Below are positions 36,996 through 47,802 of a stretch of DNA of 64,000 nucleotides, in pieces (the stretch's first letter is position 1; each line of letters begins with the position of its first letter). The position numbers and the translations under genes were made by a program. The notes beneath the pieces are model-generated. The model saw only the letters and a list, made by a program, of their open reading frames with translations, was not told the DNA's origin and ran no database searches. Source of the DNA: Theionarchaea archaeon (GTDB lineage: Archaea > Methanobacteriota_B > Thermococci > Methanofastidiosales > SZ-28-30); contig JACVGT010000007.1 in assembly GCA_018992685.1 (NCBI GenBank), positions 32,001 to 96,000 of the forward strand, written 5' to 3'.

Positions 36996-37418
36996 TCAAA
37001 TATCCAGGACGCACTGGAAAAAGCGTAATCCATCTTTTTCTCCACTTTTGAGCCCAAAATAGGTAGCAGCTTTGACTTCTGTCTTGATCTCGTGTTTTTC
37101 CTGGCTGAGACGTTCTCCTCTGGCAGTTCCTGAAAGGTACACGCCTTCATTTCTCTTGATGCTTACGGTGAAGTCCGAGAAGACCATCTCGGTGATGTCT
37201 CTCTGAGCAAGCAATTCATTCAGCCATTCCACAAACAGTGATTCACAGTCATCTGCTGCAGCCTCCACCTTGATTTCTCTGCGGGGAGTCACTCCGTCCA
37301 CGTTGACCATAACGGAGAACATGGCTCGAGCACCATTTTCAAAGGCTTCTTCTACGGTTTTTCCCCACGATCTGATTCCCACATCAGCGTCATGATCTAG
37401 AAGTTCGAACTTTTCCAT
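36996..37418 (-). CDS. Archease
   Basis: LDHDADVG, WLNELL, EVKAATY, C-terminal VLDI. Confidence 0.93.
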   Translation of the reverse strand: MEKFELLDHDADVGIRSWGKTVEEAFENGARAMFSVMVNVDGVTPRREIKVEAAADDCESLFVEWLNELLAQRDITEMVFSDFTVSIKRNEGVYLSGTARGERLSQEKHEIKTEVKAATYFGLKSGEKDGLRFFQCVLDI

Positions 37419-37503
37419 GGTCCAGCCAGGGCGCCCCATAAGAAAAACCTTTGCAGTCTTGAAAACCGATTGTTATTTATAGTTCTCGTGATGTGCACTC
37501 ATT

Positions 37504-38730
37504 ATGAGAAAGGCGTTCGCGGTATTCCTGGTACTACTTCTTGCATCAGGTATTGGGATAGCTCAGTACGTACGTACTTTTGACCCGTCAATTACTGTAG
37601 CAACGTGGCCCTACAATAAATCCATGGCCTTCACGGTAACCTGTGATGATGTCTCTTCAGGATACTCTTTGGAGTATTTGCAGGAAATCCGTTCCCTCCT
37701 GGATTCATACCATGTGAGAGCCACTTTCTTCGTCATACCATTCCACGGCGAATGGGACCTCATGACAGAATCCCCAGAACTCGTCCGGGAACTCCATGAA
37801 CTTGCAGGGGCAGGACATGAAATCGGTCTTCACGGGTACGCTCACTACCAGAACGAGTTTGTGTGTCCACCTGAAAGCCAGCGAGAGCTGCTGAAGAAGG
37901 GGCTGGACATAATGAATCAGGCAGGAATTACAGTGAGAGGATTCAGAGCACCTTGTCTCCAATGCACCGAAGAGACCCTCTCTATACTGAAAGAATATCA
38001 CTTTGCATACGATTCCAGCATGTTTGGCGAGAGTGGGAGGCCTCTGTTTGGTGGCCCTCTTCCCCAGCTGCTTTCAGGACATGAGTACACGTGGTATTTG
38101 TCCGAAGAGGAGTACCGTGAGAACGTGAGCCTTGCTCAGAAGGAAGCAGACAGCAAGTTCAAAGAGGAAACGGTGTTTTCAGTGGTGATGCACATGAAGG
38201 CAGTTAACGAAGGTGAGGGCATCAGCCTGATGAAGGAATTATTAGCTTTTGTCACTGAAAAGAATGTGTGGAACTGTACTTTGCTGGAACTAGTGGAATG
38301 GGAGACAGCAGTGAAGGAGGTCAGGTGGGATTCCAGAAAGACGCTGACTGGAGGAGACATTACTTTCTACAACGTTCCAGAAGGGCTTTCATTGACTATT
38401 GTTCTTCCCTCTCATTATGCCTCCGACTTGTCCAGTGATGATGTCACCATGACCTGCCACACGGATGACAAAACGTGCAAAGTCACCGTATGCTTTGAAA
38501 AATCATATGGGGAAGTGACCCTGCCTTTTACTCTTAGCTATGGGTCCCTGCAGTCTCGCAATGATATGGAGATGGTGCGCGGTCGATCTCTGGATTCTTC
38601 ACTCTCACCTCCTTGTCAGTGTCTCCCTGGGGGAATGCTTATCGCATGGGAGATGCTGTGCCTGCCCTATAGAAATGCAGAACGTGTGAAATCTCTGGAG
38701 GAGCTTCTGCTTCATCCTTCATTCTTGTAG
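37504..38730 (+). CDS. Secreted polysaccharide deacetylase family protein
   Basis: Signal peptide; TCDD, ATFFV, HEIGLHGYAH, GFRAP, YDSS. Confidence 0.8.
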   Translation: MRKAFAVFLVLLLASGIGIAQYVRTFDPSITVATWPYNKSMAFTVTCDDVSSGYSLEYLQEIRSLLDSYHVRATFFVIPFHGEWDLMTESPELVRELHELAGAGHEIGLHGYAHYQNEFVCPPESQRELLKKGLDIMNQAGITVRGFRAPCLQCTEETLSILKEYHFAYDSSMFGESGRPLFGGPLPQLLSGHEYTWYLSEEEYRENVSLAQKEADSKFKEETVFSVVMHMKAVNEGEGISLMKELLAFVTEKNVWNCTLLELVEWETAVKEVRWDSRKTLTGGDITFYNVPEGLSLTIVLPSHYASDLSSDDVTMTCHTDDKTCKVTVCFEKSYGEVTLPFTLSYGSLQSRNDMEMVRGRSLDSSLSPPCQCLPGGMLIAWEMLCLPYRNAERVKSLEELLLHPSFL

Positions 38731-38938
38731 GTTCTGTACGCATCAAATGGGTGTGAGATCACATCTCTTAACAAGAATCACTTGATGAAATCACTCCATT
38801 CTCAAAATCGTGTTGATGAGGGAACATATGCATCACAGAATAGATGCGCGAACTGAACAGGTAGAACCAGAACCAGAAAAAATATATAAAGACAGAGTCA
38901 TGAGGGAAATGCAGGAACAACAAGAAAGGAGGGTCAAA

Positions 38939-39439
38939 ATGCAACCAGGAGCGATCTATGAGGAAAAAATTGTATCAAAATGGATTATAGTTGTACTTCT
39001 TTCCATCGCGGGATCTATGCTCTTCTTATTGGCATATCAGGTTCTGATAGAACCACTTGGCTCCGAGCCTGCTCCTAATTGGTTCTATCTGATAATGTTT
39101 CTCCTGTTTTTAGGAATTGCTTTCACCTTTGGAAGGCTGATCATAAGGATGACACCTGCCTCCATTTTTGTGGGGTTTGGACCACTTGGACACAACATCG
39201 CCTGGGACAATGTGGAGGACTGTTTCCTTGATGAGACGTCAGCCGCAAGGTATGGAGGTGCAGGTGTGCGGACGGTAAGGATTGGTGGACACTGGAGGAT
39301 TATCTACAATATCGTGGAAAGTTCCCGCGTGGGCCTCTCGCTCAGAGAAGGCAGATTCAGAGATATTGTATTTTCCACACGGCATCCTGAGGACGTCATG
39401 ACAACAATCAAGGAGTGGGCGCACATTCGAGAGGAATAG
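38939..39439 (+). CDS. Membrane protein with two TM helices and a PH-like domain
   Basis: Two TM helices, YGGAGVR, IVFSTRHP. Confidence 0.7.
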   Translation: MQPGAIYEEKIVSKWIIVVLLSIAGSMLFLLAYQVLIEPLGSEPAPNWFYLIMFLLFLGIAFTFGRLIIRMTPASIFVGFGPLGHNIAWDNVEDCFLDETSAARYGGAGVRTVRIGGHWRIIYNIVESSRVGLSLREGRFRDIVFSTRHPEDVMTTIKEWAHIREE

Positions 39440-39689
39440 CCTTCGTTGGTAGGTTAAGTGGGGCTCGCTTTGGGATTCCTTGTTTCGCAATACTCATACA
39501 TGAAACTCTTCTGGAGACTTCGTGAAGCAGGTGGGTTCCCCATATTCCTTTCCTGTCCCGGCCGCCTCGGATTATTGAGTTGTATGATAAAGACTGCTGA
39601 GACGATGCTACACGTGAGAAGAGATAACTCAGGTACAACAGCAGCTTGACGTCGTTCAGAATTATCCACCGTATATCGAATTTCTGTAT

Positions 39690-42050
39690 TCACTTGCGGA
39701 AGGCGACCAACACGATGGCGAAAGCACCCGCATATATGAAGGCCCCAACCAAGAACGCGTAAGAAAACCCAAATGAAAAAGCCAGTATCATCCCAATGAT
39801 ACTCCCCATGACAGAGCCTCCCCCGTTTACAGCATACATCCAGATAACGTCTTTTTCTACTTCCCTGGACACAATCCTCAGCCCCAGGGGAAAGGGCATC
39901 CCCATGAGCAAGTACAATGGTGACAACAGGAGAACACTGAGCACAATCTTAGTGGGGATAGGATTGGGCATGAAATAATAGATGAGAGGAGATAACCCCA
40001 CTACATAAACAAGGGCTACCAGTATTAGTATTGCCAGTACTCTCTTCACCATTTTTCTCTCATTGGAGAATCTTCCCGTTATAAAGCTCCCCAAGCCAGA
40101 GAATATCAGCATAGAAAACAAGATCACCTGGAAGGCATAGGCTGGCTGGCCCAGGAACAAGGACAACCTCTGAATGGACACTGCTTGTATGAGTATGTAC
40201 CCAATCCCCAACAAGACGAAATACCCAATAAAAGGTATTGTAATTCGGCTCTCGAATTTCAACCGTCGTTCAGCAGCTACAGGCAGTACCAGGAACAGCA
40301 CGGTCAGAGCAAAGAACCCCACAAGCATGTATCTCAGAAACGATGGTGCGCTCTTCTCAGTATGGTAAAAATAGGGATGATCATCAGTTGTGGGAGTGAC
40401 ATCTCTGCCTTCTGGGACGAGGCTAAGGTAGGAATCCAGGTTGACACCAGAATAGAACGGTGCATACAAACACTCGAACTTGAATACATCAGCCTCCGGG
40501 CTGTTTATGGAAACATAGTACTCTCGTATAACGGTCTCCGCCTGAGCTGCCTTTTCCAAAATAGCATGAACACTCTGCTCATCCAGGGGGTTCTTGAAAA
40601 TGAAGGTGTAGTCTGTCTGTCGATACAGGTTGGTGTAGCCCGAAGACATCACATGTCTGAAAATCATCATATGCAGTTCGGGAGAGACTCCCTCTCTCAG
40701 TAGTGCTTCTCTCGTTGTTGAAAACTGCCTCAGCAGCCGATAGCTTACCCCAGTTTCAGCATCCAGTGCATTATACTCATCCATGAGACTGGTCACCAGA
40801 ATTGCGGCAATTCCATCATCCGAGAGGTGGTTCCAGTAGTCTTGATTGGCCTCCACTGTGTAGACATACGTGTCAGAAAAGGTCTGCACAATTGAGGAAG
40901 GCAAAATCAGAGCATCTGAGCCCAGAACTCCATTCTCAATGAGATCAAATGTCCTATTACATCGGTTGACATATGTTCGCCCATCCTCTACGACATACGT
41001 GACTTCTGGTCTGGAGTAGATGTCTTTTGACACATCCTTGAATTCTGAAAGCATCATCTCCATGATGACGGGATTGATTTCCACTCCCACGACATCGGTG
41101 GAACCTGCTTGTATTGCCATGGCCAATTCGACCCCTCCACCTGATCCAATGGCCAGTATGGACTCGGGATTTTCAAAGAACATGAAGTACCTGATATCTG
41201 TTTCATTCCCTGTAAAGGGATTGTCTGATTTTAGGACAGTGACAGGATAGGACCCATTGACAATGAACTGGACCTTCCCCCATGGGAATTGGACAACATC
41301 CACTCTCGAGGTTGGGCTCCACCGGGTATACAGTATTTCAGAACCTTGTTCAACATATGCGGTCAGTGGCTTCTTGGGAACGGGTTCCATTTGGTCTTTC
41401 ATGTAGAAAGCTCCTCCCACGAGAATCAGCATGACCACCATGAGGCCCGCCATTCTCCTGGAGGGTCTCTTGAAAAAGACCGATGAGACCAAGGCCACCA
41501 CACTGCAGAAAATGACGACTCCTTCCACAGATAAGGTAGGCACAAGCAATGAAACCAGAAATGAGCCTGCAGCCGCTCCGACTAGATCACCGAAATAAAT
41601 GTAGGAAATTTCGCGCTTGGAGGATGTGGGGTAATTCAGAGCGGAGCTCAGCACAATGCCTGCAAAGAAGAAGGGGACAGCGGGGAGTAGAGAGAAATAC
41701 ATTAAGAACAGCAGACTGTCAATTGAGAGCAGTTCCAGATGGGTGAGGGAGAGCTGCTCAAAGAATTCTGTCTTGCTGGCATGCGAAATAGCGACCAGAC
41801 TGATTATCATGAACAGGCTGAAGAGCAACGCTGCATAGGATAGCAGTGTGAAGTATTCTTTTCTTCTGGAGATGAAATAGCCTAGGACACCACCAACGCC
41901 CAGTCCAAACATGGCAATTGAAACGATGATATATGAAACATTGGTCCAGAACATGAACCCAAATTGATATGATAGAGATACTTCAAAGCATAGGCTGCCT
42001 AAAGAGAGGAAGAACACGCCTGCAATGAATATTGATAACCGTCTGTCCAT
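39690..42050 (-). CDS. Spermidine synthase-like SAM domain fused between membrane domains
   Basis: N-terminal TMs with DLVGAAAG; LAIGSGGG, VEINP, EDGR; PTTDDHPYF; GMPFPLG, NGGGSVMG. Confidence 0.82.
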   Translation of the reverse strand: MDRRLSIFIAGVFFLSLGSLCFEVSLSYQFGFMFWTNVSYIIVSIAMFGLGVGGVLGYFISRRKEYFTLLSYAALLFSLFMIISLVAISHASKTEFFEQLSLTHLELLSIDSLLFLMYFSLLPAVPFFFAGIVLSSALNYPTSSKREISYIYFGDLVGAAAGSFLVSLLVPTLSVEGVVIFCSVVALVSSVFFKRPSRRMAGLMVVMLILVGGAFYMKDQMEPVPKKPLTAYVEQGSEILYTRWSPTSRVDVVQFPWGKVQFIVNGSYPVTVLKSDNPFTGNETDIRYFMFFENPESILAIGSGGGVELAMAIQAGSTDVVGVEINPVIMEMMLSEFKDVSKDIYSRPEVTYVVEDGRTYVNRCNRTFDLIENGVLGSDALILPSSIVQTFSDTYVYTVEANQDYWNHLSDDGIAAILVTSLMDEYNALDAETGVSYRLLRQFSTTREALLREGVSPELHMMIFRHVMSSGYTNLYRQTDYTFIFKNPLDEQSVHAILEKAAQAETVIREYYVSINSPEADVFKFECLYAPFYSGVNLDSYLSLVPEGRDVTPTTDDHPYFYHTEKSAPSFLRYMLVGFFALTVLFLVLPVAAERRLKFESRITIPFIGYFVLLGIGYILIQAVSIQRLSLFLGQPAYAFQVILFSMLIFSGLGSFITGRFSNERKMVKRVLAILILVALVYVVGLSPLIYYFMPNPIPTKIVLSVLLLSPLYLLMGMPFPLGLRIVSREVEKDVIWMYAVNGGGSVMGSIIGMILAFSFGFSYAFLVGAFIYAGAFAIVLVAFRK

Positions 42051-42303
42051 GGGATTGAATTTGGGACTCCTTTATAAAGTTAGCCTTTTGCGCCCTTGGG
42101 GAGATCCGTGTTATGACTGCAAGATGAAAGTGTCGTGGACTCTTCCATGAAAGACAGAGAAAGAGAGATGTCTTTGGAGGATTCCAGCACCTGTGCTTTT
42201 CACGTCAGAGCCGGCCGCAAGGGTTGCTATACAGCGTTCAATGAGTGAAGAAATGGGCCCGGATCTGCTTCTCTATCAAAAACAAAAAAAGTGAGTCCCT
42301 GGC

Positions 42304-43833
42304 TCACTTTTTTCTAATTACTACACCTAGAAACATCAGAATGAATATCAGTGCTGTTCCGAGGCAGCCGTCAGTTCCACATTCACAACCACAGTCTCCA
42401 TCAGCTGGTGGAGATACAGTGGGGTTGCTGATAATCTGCTGTACCGCAGCGTATGCATCTACACGGCCCCATCCCCAGAGGCAGTCCTTGTTGACATTGC
42501 CCTTGTCGATGGCAGTAGCACCCATGCAGTTCTTAACTTGTAAGGGCGTTGCTATACCACGGGCGTCCAGCATCAGGGCAGCGACACCCGCTATGTGCGG
42601 TGTGGCCATTGATGTACCAGACATTGAAACATCACTGCATGAGGTTCCGGCATCGGCAGCGTAGATTGATACGCCGGGAGCTGTGATGTCGGGCTTTGTT
42701 CTTCCATCAGTGGTGGGACCTCTGGAAGAGAAGCTGGCTAGAGCATCTGACTTGTCAGAAGCACCAACGGTAATGACATCTGTTGCATCACCGGGTGTAT
42801 TGATAGTGCAGCAGGAAGAGCCCTCATTTCCAGCAGCTACAACCATTACAACACCCTCTCTCACTGCCCAGTTGCATTCTTGGGCTATGCTGCTGGTTCC
42901 ATCTCCACCCAGACTTCCGAATCCGATCACTATAATGTCCGCTCCGATGGAGACACCCCAATCGATACCAGCAATGATATTGGAGATAGTGCCGTTTCCA
43001 GAAGAATCCAGTACCTTTCCAATCATGAGAGAAGCACCTGGTACCACACGTGAAACGACAGAGGCAACGTGAGTCCCATGACCATTATCATCGTATGGTG
43101 TAGGATACCCATTAACAAAGTCTTTCCAAGCTACAATTTTTCCTGCGATATCACAATGAGTAGGGTCAGCACCTGTGTCGAGAATGCAGACCTTGATGCC
43201 TGAGCCATCATATCCAACAGCCCAGCAGTCGTCAACATTGATTAGCGGGATACTGTCAGCCAGCAAGGCGTGAGCATTCCCATTGGCCTCAATGAATTCA
43301 ACCAGGGGCTCTTCAGACAGAGCTCTTAGGTTAGAAACGCGAATGTCAGCTGTTGCCCCCATCCGGCTTAGAAACCGGTAGTGGATGTTGCCGAATTGAC
43401 TCACTTTGCAGAAAGCATCGGGTTCTTTGAACCAGACCAATACTCTCAGAGTATCACTTGCGTTCATGGTGGCAATCATGTCTCTCACAGACCACCTCAT
43501 CTTCATTACGCTGTTTGGGACAACACTCACGTACTCGCTGGGACCGACCTTCTTGAGGTACATTTTTGGAATCTTGAGCGTCCTTTCGTCGACCCGTGTA
43601 ACTGGCAATTTCTCAATATTGATTTCCTTTGCAATCGTGTTCATCACACCAGCATCAACAGAAAAAAACAGGTAGTCAGAGTCTTCACCTCTAATTTCAA
43701 CTTCCAGCTTCAATACATCTCTGCCTTCGTGCCCAAAAGTCTGCACATGGAAAGTGACCTTCTCTGGAATTGCATTGACAGTGACCAATGACATCATGAG
43801 TATGACAGCTGTGGCGAATCCCCTTCGACTCAT
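42304..43833 (-). CDS. S8 subtilisin-like serine protease with C-terminal membrane anchor
   Basis: ILDTG, HGTHVA, AAGN, SGTSMATPH triad; C-terminal GCLGT, TM helix, RKK. Confidence 0.92.
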   Translation of the reverse strand: MSRRGFATAVILMMSLVTVNAIPEKVTFHVQTFGHEGRDVLKLEVEIRGEDSDYLFFSVDAGVMNTIAKEINIEKLPVTRVDERTLKIPKMYLKKVGPSEYVSVVPNSVMKMRWSVRDMIATMNASDTLRVLVWFKEPDAFCKVSQFGNIHYRFLSRMGATADIRVSNLRALSEEPLVEFIEANGNAHALLADSIPLINVDDCWAVGYDGSGIKVCILDTGADPTHCDIAGKIVAWKDFVNGYPTPYDDNGHGTHVASVVSRVVPGASLMIGKVLDSSGNGTISNIIAGIDWGVSIGADIIVIGFGSLGGDGTSSIAQECNWAVREGVVMVVAAGNEGSSCCTINTPGDATDVITVGASDKSDALASFSSRGPTTDGRTKPDITAPGVSIYAADAGTSCSDVSMSGTSMATPHIAGVAALMLDARGIATPLQVKNCMGATAIDKGNVNKDCLWGWGRVDAYAAVQQIISNPTVSPPADGDCGCECGTDGCLGTALIFILMFLGVVIRKK

Positions 43834-44049
43834 TTTCAAATTCTCACCTCCTCTTTGATTAGTTATACACATACTTTTCCGTACACTTATAAGTATTTTG
43901 AATCAATTATTTTGCATATATGTAATTAAAGGACGATAACCTGAGAAACCACAAAACGAAGACGTTCAACGAACTCGAATGACTCCAGTGATTCGTTCTT
44001 CTGGTTCCCGCTCAGACTCAGATAGAACAACAAAAAAATAAAAGAAAAG

Positions 44050-45018
44050 TTAGTTTGAAGGAGTACACACGTTGGTGACATCGACAATCCAGGTACCAGT
44101 ATATGTACCCACTTCCTGTGGATCAGGTACAGTACCACCAAAAGTGAGTATCCGAGTAATACTGTTAGAATAGCCTAGGATTCCAGCATCTGGGATTCCT
44201 GCTTCATCCACATCTCTGTAATCATCATAAATGATTTGAGCTGCTGCAGTCAACACAGTCTGAACTGAACTTTCATCTTCAACATAGAACTGTCCCACCG
44301 GAATGGTATACGTACCTGCTATCAGGTCAGCCCCTGTGACTGAGATATCAACTTCTCCATTCGAGACCATGCTGATCACGTTGTCATTGGTAGCTGTGAG
44401 AACTGCTCCCGGGTCTGCGCTCCCAAAATCAATGCTATTACTCTGGACTGCGAACGAGAGGAACTTGTTCACTGTGGCGTCGCCCTGCGCACTGCTGACA
44501 GTGGGATTTGCCGAGTCAGTGGCCTCGATATGATAGTGCCAGTAGTCTGTGGCAGTGGGCCGGGCAATTCCAGAAACCTGCCAATTGAGGTCGAAGGTGA
44601 CATCTTTGTTATTCGGAATGATGGTAACGTTGGTGGTTGAGACATAGCTGTTGGCGACATTCGCCGCCCAGTTTGCACTGTTGGTGAAGTCGACGACTGC
44701 AGGGTTTGTTCCAGGGTTGGGATTTGTCCATGTCCAGGTGTAGTAGTTTCTGCCATTTCCTGAACTGTCTGAGCCATAGTAGAGTTTGATGACAATGATG
44801 AGAATGTCTGCAAGTTTGTTACTGTCACTTACGGTGGCATTGATAGTGTATTGTACCTCGGGGTCAATTGTCAACGGTCCAACTGTGTTGTTTGTCACCT
44901 CTGGGGCTTTGTTGTTGACTGTGACTGAGATATCTACGTTCTCAGAATCCGCTGCCGTGTTTTGTATACTGAGTACAGCAATACCCACTATTGCTATGAC
45001 GATGACTTTCCTGTTCAT
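44050..45018 (-). CDS. Secreted beta-rich surface protein (Ig-like domain, WxL/Csu-like C-terminus)
   Basis: Signal peptide; T/N/V-rich; IDFG, GTYTGTWIVDV; T-rich terminator after the stop. Confidence 0.6.
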   Translation of the reverse strand: MNRKVIVIAIVGIAVLSIQNTAADSENVDISVTVNNKAPEVTNNTVGPLTIDPEVQYTINATVSDSNKLADILIIVIKLYYGSDSSGNGRNYYTWTWTNPNPGTNPAVVDFTNSANWAANVANSYVSTTNVTIIPNNKDVTFDLNWQVSGIARPTATDYWHYHIEATDSANPTVSSAQGDATVNKFLSFAVQSNSIDFGSADPGAVLTATNDNVISMVSNGEVDISVTGADLIAGTYTIPVGQFYVEDESSVQTVLTAAAQIIYDDYRDVDEAGIPDAGILGYSNSITRILTFGGTVPDPQEVGTYTGTWIVDVTNVCTPSN

Positions 45019-45491
45019 CTGATCACCTATCTTATGCTTTTTTAAGTTATGATATATAAAGGTATTTGTGAAAATTACCGTTTATGAGATAATTTGTGAG
45101 AAAATGTGTGATGAAACGACTTCATGTGTGAAGCAGTGTGATTTCTATTGTACGTTCAGATAAATCCCGCGGGTTTCAGGAAAGTTCTGAGATTGCGTGC
45201 TCTTCATATCTGGATTCCTGGAGTTGAAATAGTACTCATGATGAAAGAACGTTTCAGACATGTGGACAGAGATCAGTTGGGTAAAGAATCCCTTGGCACT
45301 GGGGCATTTCGCTCCACGGATTGTTTGGGGAGCTTTCATCAGAGAGAACGGAAAGAGATCATCTTCAAGAACGCTGGAATGTCCGCTCTCGTGCTGGTAT
45401 GGGTGGCAGGATGTCTGGTATGCTGTTTGTTCCCATTCTTGCAGGTCAATTCTTCCAAAAAGCTTTTAAGCCTCATTCGTGTACGAGGTTC

Positions 45492-45710
45492 ATGCCAGAG
45501 AAACCATTGGATCTTATTCATGGAAGTCTTGACAACAAGATATCAGTACAGCTCAAAGATGGAAGAGAAATCATAGGTGTCCTCGCAGGATATGACCTGG
45601 ACTTTAACCTAACCATAGACAAAGCCACACTGGTGGACCAAGGCGGAAGGAAAGGTCTGGGAAAAATCGTGCTGCGGCACAACAACGTGGTGTCTATAAA
45701 GCCGTTCTAG
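45492..45710 (+). CDS. Sm-like archaeal protein (Lsm/SmAP)
   Basis: KPLDLI, VQLKDGREIIGVLAGYDLDFNL, LGKIVLR.NNV. Confidence 0.92.
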   Translation: MPEKPLDLIHGSLDNKISVQLKDGREIIGVLAGYDLDFNLTIDKATLVDQGGRKGLGKIVLRHNNVVSIKPF

Positions 45711-46212
45711 GGTTCTCTTGGTATGTCCCCTGGTATCCTTGTTGGGCCTTGTCAGACATTTTTGCGAAGAATAACTGCAGTAGCCGTGCATTGTGCTGTA
45801 GAGAAATACCATGAGGGTTGTAAACCACAAGCAGGGAAATACTCGCTCCATGGAATCCTGCATCCCACACTGCACTCTCTATGGTGGCACCTGACCGCAA
45901 GAGAGACGAACGCGGCCTGCCCAGAGCCACCATGTCAGAGGGGATTGTTACAATCTCGTTGAAGGTCACCCTGTAACAGCCTGGAGGGAGGGTAACCCAT
46001 TCATTGACAAAAGACATTTCCTCTGTGGAAGGCAAAACTCTTTCTTCGTTTGTGAAATCGATCCTGCCTTTACCAGTGAATTTCTCTACCCTCTTGAGTG
46101 TGAGATCAACACCATTTGGAGTGAGCTGTGTAGAAAGATCACGGAAGTGCGTAATCATTCCTTTTTCAATTAACTGGCTGAGACTGCTATCACTGAGAAT
46201 CATGGGGCTCAT
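45694..46212 (-). CDS. dut: Archaeal dUTPase (trimeric dUTPase/dCTP deaminase family)
   Basis: PNGVDL, PRSSLLRSG, WDAGFHG, YQGTYQ. Confidence 0.85.
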   Translation of the reverse strand: MSPMILSDSSLSQLIEKGMITHFRDLSTQLTPNGVDLTLKRVEKFTGKGRIDFTNEERVLPSTEEMSFVNEWVTLPPGCYRVTFNEIVTIPSDMVALGRPRSSLLRSGATIESAVWDAGFHGASISLLVVYNPHGISLQHNARLLQLFFAKMSDKAQQGYQGTYQENPRTAL

Positions 46213-46328
46213 GTTCTGTCAGTGCTTAAAATGATTTGGTTTGAATCTCATTCCTTCCTGATGAGAACTGCAGTAAGAGATGCCATCAGTCCCACTCTGC
46301 CAGCCAGCAGAACCTCATGGTGCTGGGG

Positions 46329-47729
46329 TCATTTAGGTACTTCTGTACCTTCATCATTTCCCCCTTCCTGCAAGGATTCAGTCACACCTCGAATCTCACA
46401 AATGTCAGAAATGGCTACGGGAGCCCCCAGCACGAGCTTTCCATACTCACCATCAAATCCGGGAGGATAAAATCCGAAGTGATCTTCCTTAACGCTGAGA
46501 AGAGCGTCCAATACATCCGAATTGATTCCCTTTAGTGTCTCTTCAAGGGAGTCTCTCTCCATGAACCAGAGCTCGCATTCAGATCCTACTCTCTCCACTA
46601 TGGTTTTATATTCCTTCAGCGCTTTCTTTGCGGTGACAGATTGTATATTCAGTCCTCGTGCCACGACCTCAACCAGGGGGATCATGTTTGTAAATTCCCT
46701 GGGTTTTTCGGTCTTATATGTTTCAATGCTCTTCATGATATTCTCCATATAGGTTACGCTGATTCTCTCTTTCATTCCTGGTTCTGCGTCCTTTTCTGAC
46801 TGTTTCCTGTGCAGGGCAACCACCCGCTCAAAGACTCCTCCTGTCAGGTTCTTCGAGCAGATGGGGCATATGTGATTTCGGGGCACACATTCTGGTGAAA
46901 AAAAGCAGTATGATCCATTGTGACCTTTTCTGTCACCTCTGTGTCCCGTGAGAAAATATCGGCCTTCTGCGGGATTGAACTCAGCAGTACGTATGACATT
47001 GTCCTCCCTTATTGCCCTGACTAGATGAGAAAAAGTCAGCCTTGGCAGCCGGAATGTGGTGAACTCCCGTCCCATGCGATGCAGATGGTGGGAATGGGCA
47101 TCGCTACTGGATATCCAGGTCCTCGAACTCAGTTCTGGAATCAGATGCAGTAGCGTGGGATCTGCACTCAATCCAGTCTCCACCGTAGAAATACTACGTT
47201 CGAAATCTCCAAAGAATTCGTGAAGGTAGGTAACAGGGCAATTTGACCCATAGATACCATCTGGAGTCAGTATATGAGCGGGAATCACCTCTATCTCAGG
47301 GTCAATATCTTTCAGTGTGTGGAGGCGATAGGAGACATCCCCCGGATCTTTGCACACAATGAATGGCCTTCCAATAGTGTTTCTCACACCCCAGTCCTGC
47401 AGGATTCTGCAAAACAGGTCTACTGCATCAAAAGATGGAAACAGTATTACTGTATGAACTGATTTTCTCCTGTGGCGTACCTTGGAGGTTATGATGACCT
47501 CAGTCTGAAGCACAAACGATGTAGGTCTTTCGTTGAAAGAGAATATGCCATTATCTGTCTCTCTTAGAGTTTTTTTCAAATAATCCAGCCACTGGGGGTG
47601 CAGACAATCTCCTGTTCCCACCACCGTGATTCCTTTCAACGACATCATGTCATCAATTCTGGTAAATGAGATGCTGCCCACACCACCTGCGTATCCAGAG
47701 TGAGCATGAAGATCTACATTGACCTGCAT
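46329..47729 (-). CDS. Endonuclease Q family (PHP domain) DNA repair nuclease
   Basis: DLHAHS, GTGDCLHP, PAHILTP, ETGLSAD, SDAHS, GREF, CPIC, GFDGEYG. Confidence 0.85.
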   Translation of the reverse strand: MQVNVDLHAHSGYAGGVGSISFTRIDDMMSLKGITVVGTGDCLHPQWLDYLKKTLRETDNGIFSFNERPTSFVLQTEVIITSKVRHRRKSVHTVILFPSFDAVDLFCRILQDWGVRNTIGRPFIVCKDPGDVSYRLHTLKDIDPEIEVIPAHILTPDGIYGSNCPVTYLHEFFGDFERSISTVETGLSADPTLLHLIPELSSRTWISSSDAHSHHLHRMGREFTTFRLPRLTFSHLVRAIREDNVIRTAEFNPAEGRYFLTGHRGDRKGHNGSYCFFSPECVPRNHICPICSKNLTGGVFERVVALHRKQSEKDAEPGMKERISVTYMENIMKSIETYKTEKPREFTNMIPLVEVVARGLNIQSVTAKKALKEYKTIVERVGSECELWFMERDSLEETLKGINSDVLDALLSVKEDHFGFYPPGFDGEYGKLVLGAPVAISDICEIRGVTESLQEGGNDEGTEVPK

Positions 47730-47802
47730 GTTCCCTGTTTGAGTGCGGTTACTTAAAGGTTGGTAGGCTCGTAATACTGTTCGTACTGATGTATTAGAAG
47801 CC

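Noticed and set aside
42304-43833. S8 protease as the dedicated RiPP leader peptidase
   Set aside because: It lies 17 kb away, is membrane-anchored and has no evident link to the cluster
45107-45160. Possible C/D box sRNA (GTGATGA...)
   Set aside because: No canonical CTGA D box at a suitable distance and only a short, unconvincing rRNA complement
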